From: Opitutales bacterium
Lineage (GTDB): Bacteria > Verrucomicrobiota > Verrucomicrobiia > Opitutales > Coraliomargaritaceae
Length of the DNA stretch: 32,159 bases
NCBI GenBank assembly: GCA_049598495.1
Contig: JBMYNR010000007.1
Location: forward strand, 1 to 32,159
Direction: 5' to 3'
The position numbers were made by a program, and so were the translations under genes. The notes under the pieces were generated by a model. It was given only the letters and a program-made list of their open reading frames with translations. It searched no databases and was not told the origin of the DNA. Positions 9,643 to 16,906 of this stretch are shown one piece after another (positions within the stretch are counted from its first letter, which is position 1; each line of letters starts with the position of its first letter).

Positions 9643-10629
9643 TTATTCTTTATCAAGTCGGCCCTTAATTTCGCTTAGAGTGAATCGTTGCCCCTGAAGT
9701 TCACGAATCTTCGCAGCACGCTGAATCATTCCCGGGTGATAAAGCTGATAACCAGAATCCGTTGTATCGGCCACACTCATGAGGCCTTCCTTCGTCCAGT
9801 AGCGAATTGTCGCATTGCTCTCACCTGTCTCACGAGCCAATTGGCCGATACGGAGCAAGTCTGGTGCTCTACCTGAATCTGTATCAGCGACTTCCCCTCC
9901 AGCAGCCTTGAGGTAGATGTCTAGTGATCGATCAACGGCATCCTCAATCACTTTGTTGTAGCCGTCCTGGGAACCACCTAACTGCGCCTTTTCCAAGCCA
10001 CCAATATACCTCAATCGGTCACGCGTCCGGATGATCGCTGGTGGATAGCCATTCTGCATCAGGATCAAATTCATCAACAGTCGAGCGGTCCGCCCATTTC
10101 CATCCACAAATGGATGAATCGTCACCAATTGATAGTGCGCCTCCGCAGCCAATTCTACAGGATGTAGATTCGTGCTCGTGACCACCCATTCGATGAAGGC
10201 CTCCATCATATTCGGCACTTTCACAGGATTCGGGAGAATGACCGGGGAACCTGAGATACGAACAGGAATCGTTCGAAAATGCCCCGCATTGTCATCATCA
10301 ATCCCACGTAGAACCGTTTCATGAATCTGTAGCACATCTACCAATCTAAGTTCGCCAGTTGGGGTTTGTGACAAACGGAGCACGTCCTTCAAAGCTTTGG
10401 CATGATTCGTTGCCTCAAGATGCTCAATCAAGGTCTTGCCACCAACAGTAAGCCCCTTCTCCACAACTGCCGCGGTCTCTTTACGTGACAAGGTATTCCC
10501 TTCAAGCGCATTACTCGTATAAGTCAGCTCAACTAAGAACCACTCCTCAAGATTACGCACAAGTTCAGGCGGCAGAGGGCGATAAACATCCAGCCGCTCC
10601 TTCTTCTTTGATAATCCATTTAGTTCCAT
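9643..10629 (-). CDS. Fic family protein with an N-terminal inhibitory motif and a C-terminal MerR-type HTH
   Basis: Intact Fic motif HPFVDGNGRTAR, inhibitory SNALEG, C-terminal LRIGQLARETGESNATIRYWTKEGL..SGYQLY. Start placed at MELNG (10629); alternative 10647. Confidence 0.9.
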   Translation of the reverse strand: MELNGLSKKKERLDVYRPLPPELVRNLEEWFLVELTYTSNALEGNTLSRKETAAVVEKGLTVGGKTLIEHLEATNHAKALKDVLRLSQTPTGELRLVDVLQIHETVLRGIDDDNAGHFRTIPVRISGSPVILPNPVKVPNMMEAFIEWVVTSTNLHPVELAAEAHYQLVTIHPFVDGNGRTARLLMNLILMQNGYPPAIIRTRDRLRYIGGLEKAQLGGSQDGYNKVIEDAVDRSLDIYLKAAGGEVADTDSGRAPDLLRIGQLARETGESNATIRYWTKEGLMSVADTTDSGYQLYHPGMIQRAAKIRELQGQRFTLSEIKGRLDKE

Positions 10630-10632
10630 ACA

Positions 10633-10666
10633 AAAACCATAAAGCATGACTTTATGGTTTTGTCGA
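10633..10666 (-). promoter_or_regulatory. MerR-type promoter/operator of the fic gene
   Basis: TCGACA (10666-10661), 19-bp spacer, TATGGT (10641-10636). Perfect 12-bp inverted repeat AAAACCATAAAG-N5-CTTTATGGTTTT at 10633-10661. Confidence 0.7.
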
Positions 10667-10885
10667 GGTGCAATATCTAAAAATCAGAAGCAAAAAACGT
10701 ATCATATCGCGTTACCATTTTCGTCCAAATGAACGCCCTATATCGCCATATCTCCACAAGTTTCAAATGAGACGACCTATGACGCCCGTGCACGGCGTCG
10801 AACCCCTTGCATCAGCCACCTAGAAGAGCAATAGGATCCGCTTTTTAGGACTTGAACTCCTATATTACATAAATAGAGTGCTCAC

Positions 10886-12043
10886 ATGTTAATTAAACGG
10901 CACATTGAGAGCGAACTGAACACGCTACTCCAGGAGTATCCCGTCGTTACGATACTTGGTCCACGCCAAGCAGGAAAGACCACGCTGGCCAAGACAGCCC
11001 TCAAGGACTACGCCTACTCGAATCTGGAAGATCCGGAAATTCGCGAAATCGCCAAGAACGACTCCAAGGCCTACCTCACACAATTCTCAGGCAAGGTCAT
11101 CATCGACGAAATCCAACGCGTTCCAGAACTCCTGAGCTACATTCAAGTCGAAGTCGACGCCACATCTGGCAATGGCCGATTTGTCCTGACTGGCTCGCAC
11201 CAGCTCAGTCTACGCGAAGCGATCTCACAATCACTCGCTGGTCGCACTGCGATTCTCAACCTACTTCCCTTCTCTATTGCCGAACTGACTCAAGCAGGCA
11301 TCGAGTTCGAGCGCTTTGAGGATTATTGTTTCACGGGATTCATGCCTCGAATCTACGAGCAGAAGCAGCGGCCCTCCGCAGCCTACGCCAACTACTACCA
11401 AACCTATGTGGAGCGAGATGTGCGGCAGTTGATTCAACTCAAAGACATCAGCCTGTTTGAGAAGATGCTCAAGTTAATGGCCGGCAGAGCAGGACAAGTT
11501 TTCGACTATAGTTCACTAGCCAATGATGTAGGTGTGGACGCGAAAACAATACGCAACTGGATCTCTATTCTGGAAGCCTCGTTCATACTCTTCAAACTCC
11601 CGCCCTACTTTGAGAACTTCGGCAAGCGTATCATAAAGAGTCCAAAGTATTATTTCACGGACGTTGGGCTCCTCTGTTACTTGTTAGGCATACGGGAAAC
11701 GGATCAGATCACACGGGACCCTCTGGTTGGTCAGATCTTCGAAAACCTTGTTGTCATCGAGGTCTTGAAGGACCGCTACAATAAGGGACAGATGGCGGAC
11801 CTCTATTATTACCGAGATAGCAACGGAAACGAAGTAGACCTCTTGGCTCAATCAGGTCGAACACTTGAGGCACTCGAGATCAAATCCGCGTCCACCTTCA
11901 AAATGGAACAACTCAAAGGCATTCGCCGATTCAAAGAGCTCACGGATGACGTCAGTTCTAGCTACCTAGTCTACACAGGTAAACCGCACAAACTAAGCGA
12001 CGAGACACAGGCCATAGACTACAAAGCTGTCGCGTCTCGATAA
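10886..12043 (+). CDS. AAA_14 ATPase with DUF4143 / PD-(D/E)XK-like C-terminus
   Basis: Walker A GPRQAGKTT, Walker B IIDEIQ, LTGS, SLAGR, KSPKYYFTDVG, YYRDSNGNEVD...EIKS. Confidence 0.9.
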   Translation: MLIKRHIESELNTLLQEYPVVTILGPRQAGKTTLAKTALKDYAYSNLEDPEIREIAKNDSKAYLTQFSGKVIIDEIQRVPELLSYIQVEVDATSGNGRFVLTGSHQLSLREAISQSLAGRTAILNLLPFSIAELTQAGIEFERFEDYCFTGFMPRIYEQKQRPSAAYANYYQTYVERDVRQLIQLKDISLFEKMLKLMAGRAGQVFDYSSLANDVGVDAKTIRNWISILEASFILFKLPPYFENFGKRIIKSPKYYFTDVGLLCYLLGIRETDQITRDPLVGQIFENLVVIEVLKDRYNKGQMADLYYYRDSNGNEVDLLAQSGRTLEALEIKSASTFKMEQLKGIRRFKELTDDVSSSYLVYTGKPHKLSDETQAIDYKAVASR

Positions 12044-12125
12044 AGAATTATTGCGAGTGAGCCACCCCAGCAATCAACAGCAAAACTGATAAGCAGAAGT
12101 TGCCTCTCCTCTGCAGTGATAAACC

Positions 12126-12590
12126 ATGTCAACCAGAGGAATTTACGGGTTTCGAATCAACGAAACAAACAAGCTAGCCTACAACCACAGCGACAGTTTC
12201 CCCGATACGCTCGGTGCGACCATTCTCAATCAGCTCGGCGAAGTCCAGGATTGGGATCGAACTCGAAACCTAGTCGGCAACCTCGTCTCGCTCGACGAGA
12301 TACGCGAACTCACCCAGCACGACGGCATCTTTAGAACGGAGCTCCGGGGTCACTATCCAGATCTAAAGTATGATCGGGAACCACAGGACTTCTGCGACCT
12401 GATATCCCCACTGCAGGGAACCATCGAGCCCTACCTGTCAGGTCGTCTATTCTACGAACGGGGCTACGTCGCAAATCTGGACAAGGATAATGTGCCGCTT
12501 GTTCTGCAAAAAGCGAAGGGCCTTAGAGGCATTACAGATCCAAACACAAAAAAGCTGCGAACCTGTAGAAAGTTCGCAGCTCATTCTCGA
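12126..12590 (+). pseudogene. Phage-like hypothetical protein remnant; its frame runs on without a stop through the repeat to 12899
   Basis: The N-terminus MSTRGIYGFR...YNHSDSFP..LG and the later YERGYVANLD recall an uncharacterised phage-associated family (from memory). The tail translates terminator and repeat DNA, so the native 3' end appears lost. End coordinate approximate. Confidence 0.5.
12548..12581 (-). terminator. Intrinsic terminator just downstream of the tRNA-3'-end copy at 12591
   Basis: 10-bp stem AGCTGCGAAC/GTTCGCAGCT followed by a T-run on the minus strand. Confidence 0.75.
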
Positions 12591-12592
12591 TG

Positions 12593-12754
12593 GTCGGGGC
12601 GGAGGGATTGGCCATCTACAGATGGGTCCTCCGGACTCGCGCTGCGCGCGCCCCAGCTCCGCCGGACAAGCCGGCTACGTCAAACCCCACTTCGGGGGTT
12701 CTCATCCCTATCGACAAAAAAACCTCCGCTTGCGCGAAGGTTTTATTTTGGTCG
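12593..12754. repeat. 162-bp tRNA-linked structured direct repeat, distal copy
   Basis: Matches 16563-16724 except at one base (12631 C versus 16601 T). Includes the tRNA-Pro 3' end (12591-12609, with CCA) and a terminator copy (12716-12744). Confidence 0.97.
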
Positions 12755-12863
12755 AACCTGGGGACTCAAATATGATCCCAACGTCCCAAATGGCCGGAGT
12801 TCAGAAAACCTCAAAATTGAAACTAAGCAACTGAATAAAAGCATCTTACAAAAACCACATTCC

Positions 12864-12921
12864 ATGTTCACGCAAACCGCTCTGTTCACGTTGACGTGAA
12901 CATGCCTACATTCGTGAACAT
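12864..12921. promoter_or_regulatory. Symmetric four-box protein-binding site (TGTTCACG x2, CGTGAACA x2)
   Basis: Boxes at 12865, 12883, 12895 and 12913; 18-bp period in each arm; 4-bp centre TTGA. Function is inferred. Confidence 0.6.
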
Positions 12922-12929
12922 CAAAATAT

Positions 12930-14171
12930 TCAGCCTCCGTTTTTAAACGCCACGCGCATTCGCTCTACCTCACTGCGACTGATTCCCATCTTCTCTGCGA
13001 TAGAATCCCATCTGGCAACCGCCTCTCGAACCTCTTTGATGTATGTATCCTGCTCCCGCTCTAAGAGTCGGAAATAGTGCCCTACCGACCGAGCCAAATC
13101 CAGATCGCATGCATTACTGACTTCGTCGACATTCAAAGCCAATCCTCCAGCCCAAGGCTGCGGATTTAGATCGTAGGCTGGTGATAACTTCCAGCCAGAT
13201 TCCCCCAGCAGAAAACCATGGTTTCTCAGATGGTCGTCAGTATTATGTATGCAGACATTAAACACGATTCGCTTCCATAACTCTGTAAGATCTGTCTCCA
13301 CGTCAGAACCATAGCGTTCGATTAAATCGACCAAATCCAGATAACTGGCTCCGGTTTTCGCTCCGTCCCCATCCTGATAGCCCAACAGGCACATTGCCGA
13401 AGCAAAATGCACTCGCCTCTGTTCCTGTCGGTCAAAGCGCTGGCTCAGAAAAGTATGACCGGCACCTGAGAATCTTTCCACTCTGGCAGACGCAACATTG
13501 AGTCCAGCTTGTTGTGCGAGCTGCATGACCACACCCTCCCATGCTCCGACATCATATTCGTCGTTGCGACTAGGAAACTTCGCCACCCACAGATCACCCT
13601 TGGGGTCCAGCACACTGGCTTTAGGTCGCGCCCCCCCAAGAGAAGTCCCTGGAGCGAGCAACATGCTCAGCCATTGCGCATAATGCGGATCTTCCGAATC
13701 TGCCGCTTCAAAGTTAAGAGACGCCTGCTCTAATTCTCGAAGCATATGCATTGGAGGCACCGAAAGTGCTTCATCTTCGGCGAGAAAAGCGCCATCCAAA
13801 TCCAACTTGAAGCGTAAGCCGCCCATTCGGCAAGTGTCAGCAACTGCAAGCACATAGTCTGACTCATACAAACTCCTAGGCTCTTTCTCTAAGGCTGCTC
13901 GACGCTGAATCAACAACCGCCCCCAGCGATCCGGAGCAGAGTCAGTCAAAAGACCAAATGCACCAGACGCATCGGGATATTGACGCCCTAGGACCAATTG
14001 CAGACGAGGATCAAGCAGCATAGCGTCTCCCTGCTTCAACCATTCCTGTTCATACTCAAAGGCAAGCACCTCCTCCCCACGCACCACGGAGCGATGCACC
14101 ATCCCCATCAAGGCGGGCTTCTCCAGCCACACCCAATCCGCATAAACATAGATCGGTGGTCGCTCAGCCAT
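12930..14171 (-). CDS. hipA: HipA-family Ser/Thr kinase toxin
   Basis: DSAPDRWG, SLGGARPK, KFP, RFDR, NTDDHLRNHGF and LSPAYDLNP motifs all intact. Confidence 0.93.
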   Translation of the reverse strand: MAERPPIYVYADWVWLEKPALMGMVHRSVVRGEEVLAFEYEQEWLKQGDAMLLDPRLQLVLGRQYPDASGAFGLLTDSAPDRWGRLLIQRRAALEKEPRSLYESDYVLAVADTCRMGGLRFKLDLDGAFLAEDEALSVPPMHMLRELEQASLNFEAADSEDPHYAQWLSMLLAPGTSLGGARPKASVLDPKGDLWVAKFPSRNDEYDVGAWEGVVMQLAQQAGLNVASARVERFSGAGHTFLSQRFDRQEQRRVHFASAMCLLGYQDGDGAKTGASYLDLVDLIERYGSDVETDLTELWKRIVFNVCIHNTDDHLRNHGFLLGESGWKLSPAYDLNPQPWAGGLALNVDEVSNACDLDLARSVGHYFRLLEREQDTYIKEVREAVARWDSIAEKMGISRSEVERMRVAFKNGG

Positions 14172-14487
14172 TTAAGGCCTTTCGCCGAGGAGCCCGTTTC
14201 TTTGTAACCAGATCCAAATCCTGAAGCTTACGCCCCATTTGGTCATCCAAAGCCAACAGTCCAAAATCAGCCTCCAGCCCTAACACTCGGAGCACTTGAA
14301 AGTAACTCCCCATTGCCACATTGGGATCCCCCAATTCGATCTTGTGCAGTGTAGCCCGACTGATACCAGAGCGCTCCGCCACCAACGTAGCCGAGAGGCG
14401 ACGACGTAGACGCGCCAACTTCAACCGTTCACCGAGTTGAGCGAATTGACGGCGTTGACGAGGGAGTAAATTCACCGACCGCTGCAT
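14164..14487 (-). CDS. Xre-HTH HipB-like antitoxin
   Basis: LGERLKLARLRRRLS..VAERSGISRATLHKIELG; overlaps the hipA start by 8 bp. Start placed at MQRSV (14487). Confidence 0.88.
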   Translation of the reverse strand: MQRSVNLLPRQRRQFAQLGERLKLARLRRRLSATLVAERSGISRATLHKIELGDPNVAMGSYFQVLRVLGLEADFGLLALDDQMGRKLQDLDLVTKKRAPRRKALNG

Positions 14488-14614
14488 AATGCCTATAAAA
14501 AACGCCAAAAACATGCATATTGTCAATTTTAATAAACATTATAATTAATTCTCCTCTCCTATCGAATAAGATGCAGCGGCCCCAAAGCTACGAGACAAAG
14601 ATGCGGCACAACGC

Positions 14615-16565
14615 TCAAAGCAACATACTGTCACTCGAATCTCGTATATCATACCCCATCTCACGATATCCAGCAGATCGCTTACGATACATGCTGCTTG
14701 CTAACTGCAGCTTGTAGTCGAGATAATCAAATATGAGAGCTTCGGATTTCCCCTGATAGTCTCGATGCAAACGACCAGCATATTGCACAATCCGACCTCG
14801 AAACGAGACGGGCATTGCCAAAAACAGAGTGTCCAACTCAGGCAAATCGAAGCCCTCACCAATCAGAGAGGCAGTTGAAAACAAACAAGCTTTCTGACCA
14901 GATTGAATCGCCGTTTTGAATTCATCAATGCAAGCGTTTCTTTTCCTAGGCGACATCGAGCCATCGATACTGCAAAGCAGTATCTCACCACGTGATTGTT
15001 CATCCACTGCCTGCATGAGGATTTTCAGATGCTCTTTACGGTCGGACAAAACAAGCGGGACACGCTCAGCACCCTCTTTGACAACATCGGCAGCTATCAA
15101 TGCGTTGCGTGGTTTCGAACGAATAAGATTCTCCCAAATTAAGTGAAGCGGCAAAGGCAGACCGTTCTCATCTGACGCACTAAATTGCGTCCGCGTGACA
15201 ATCACACGTCTCACATGAACAGGATTCTCAGTATTTGGAACCACATGTCGAATAGCTCCACATTGTAGATAAAGTAACCGCTCAAGACCATCCTTTCGCT
15301 TTGGAGTCGCAGTGAGACCAACGACATAGCGCGATCCGCACTCCTTCATAACAGCTTCCAGAGTAACTGAGGGAACGTGGTGGCACTCATCAACAATCAC
15401 CATTCCATACTCTCGGAAGAGCTTCTTTAGGTCATCGCGCCTTGCTAATGTCTGAACCGAAGCAATATCAATAAAGCCCTTCAGTTTCTTTTTTGCTCCC
15501 TGTAAGACACCAATCTTCTTCTCATCGACATCCAAAAACTGCTGTAACCGCGATTTCCACTGCTCAGCCAGAGTTTGGCGATGAACGATGATGAGAGTTG
15601 GCATCTTGCACATCCCATCACCGTCTTCCCAGTGCCCGGCGGTGCAACGAACACACCATGCTCATGGGCTTTCATCGCTTTTACCGAAGCCTTCTGAACA
15701 GGCTTCAATTCGCCGATAAACTTCACGGAAATCCGCTTCGGATTGAGTCGCCGATCTTGAATTTCGACTCGCGAACCAGCTTCAGCGAAAGTTTCAACTG
15801 CGCCCTCCAAACATCCACGTGGCAATATCAGTCGATCAGGATGTAATTCTCCTGCGAAAATCCTACGCGGAATGTTGTAGGTAGGAAAACGTTGGCGCTG
15901 CTTCTCAAAGAAGACAGGATTTGGAAACGAGCCAGAGCCTGCAACTTCGCAACAAACGCAGACGGCAGATTGCCAATTGGAATGATCAAGTTCTCTGCTA
16001 AGTGGATTTCCCAATCGGAGACTATAGGATAATCAACAGGATCAGTTGAAGTCGCTTCCAATATCAAAGACTCCAACTCGAAGGAATCGGTGTCATGTGC
16101 CGGAACACCCAGCTCTTCTTCCAAAACATCACCAAGCTCGTCAAGCGACAGCCGAGGCACATCAGCTAGTACTTTCCATTGGTCATCATATGGGCACAAC
16201 CCATCATCAACAAACTCAGTCAACCCGTGGTGCCGCCTAACTTTTTGCAATGGGAGCGCAATCAAGTTCCCGAAGCCTCCTTTCGGCATCACATCCTGAT
16301 TCGGAAAAAGTCGATCAAAGGACTGTAGTGATGAAGAAGGTCGAGTCGCCTCAATCTTGGCAAGGAGAAGGCTCCCTAGGGCTCGCGCATCACGAGCAGG
16401 CACAGGCTCCATAAAAAAGATCCATGCGTGTGCGCCATTCCCCGATCTCGAAATCTCGACAAGAACCGTGATCCCAATTTTGGCTGCTGCATCACGGTAA
16501 GCTATAACCTCACTCTTCCAACCATCATTATCAAAATCGGCAGCTAGGAAGATACAGGTGTCGTC
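14615..16565 (-). pseudogene. 5'-truncated, twice frameshifted AEP-like primase (TOTE-associated type) fused to an SF2 DExH helicase
   Basis: Primase-type motifs DDTCIFLAADFD, EISRSGNGAHAWIFF and FDRLFPNQD..PKGGFGNLIALPLQ. Helicase motifs APPGTGKT, DECHH, TAT, GEGFD and QYAGRLHR. Frameshifts near 15930 and 15612; no start codon upstream of 16565. Confidence 0.85.
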
Positions 16566-16724
16566 GGGGCGGAGGGATTGGCCATCTACAGATGGGTCCT
16601 TCGGACTCGCGCTGCGCGCGCCCCAGCTCCGCCGGACAAGCCGGCTACGTCAAACCCCACTTCGGGGGTTCTCATCCCTATCGACAAAAAAACCTCCGCT
16701 TGCGCGAAGGTTTTATTTTGGTCG
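16563..16724. repeat. 162-bp tRNA-linked structured direct repeat, tRNA-proximal copy
   Basis: Directly follows tRNA-Pro; contains a terminator, a hairpin cluster and a second tRNA 3' end (16563-16579, lacking the final CA). Confidence 0.97.
16686..16714 (-). terminator. Intrinsic terminator of tRNA-Pro
   Basis: Minus strand AAAACCTTCGC-GCAA-GCGGAGGTTTTTTT: a stem with a GNRA loop plus a T-tract. Confidence 0.85.
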
Positions 16725-16796
16725 GGGCGGAGGGATTCGAACCCCCGACCCTCTGCTCCCAAAGCAGATGCGCTAGCCAGGCTGCGCTACGCCCCG
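16719..16796 (-). tRNA. tRNA-Pro(TGG)
   Basis: Acceptor stem CGGGGCG/CGCCCCG, anticodon arm TCTGC-TTTGGGA-GCAGA, T-loop TTCGAAT, encoded CCA. Confidence 0.98.
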
Positions 16797-16906
16797 TAAC
16801 CAAAAGAAGCGCGAAGTGCATCATATTTTACCCCCCTGTCAATCTACATTTTTTACACAAATTAGATTGGCGGTTCAGGGAGTTCATCCCAGCCTTTAAG
16901 CCTGCT

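Larger units (their letters stand above)
9603..16718. mobile_element. Decayed tandem genomic island(s) at the 3' end of tRNA-Pro, with no integrase left
   Basis: Bounded by tRNA-Pro and a tRNA-3'-end-like site at 9603-9620, with internal copies at 12591, 12749 and 16563. Cargo is toxin-antitoxin/conflict type plus pseudogenes. Looks less GC-rich than the flanks by eye (not computed). Confidence 0.75.

Noticed and set aside
10781..10799. Near-perfect palindrome GACGCCCGTGCACGGCGTC between fic and the ATPase gene
   Set aside because: Single short occurrence with no T-tract or promoter context, so no function can be supported.
12590..12899. ORFs translating the 162-bp repeat (12490, 12590, 16558, 16578 and the tail of 12126)
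   Set aside because: They read through terminator, repeat and antisense tRNA sequence; their shared peptides simply reflect the DNA duplication.
14478..14510. GCTGCATAATGCCTAT resembling the XerC arm of a dif site
   Set aside because: No XerD arm (TTATGTTAAA-like) follows, and it overlaps the antitoxin start codon.
15600..15940. Programmed frameshifting in the primase-helicase gene
   Set aside because: No slippery heptamer at either shift, the second shift removes residues, and the gene also lacks its 5' end; decay is the simpler explanation.
12593..16724. Repeats considered as a CRISPR array
   Set aside because: Only two long copies 4 kb apart, no repeat-spacer periodicity and no cas genes.
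16592..16906. 105-aa N-terminal extension of the TPR ORF
   Set aside because: It overlaps tRNA-Pro and its terminator on the opposite strand; ATG 16907 gives a signal-peptide-like start.
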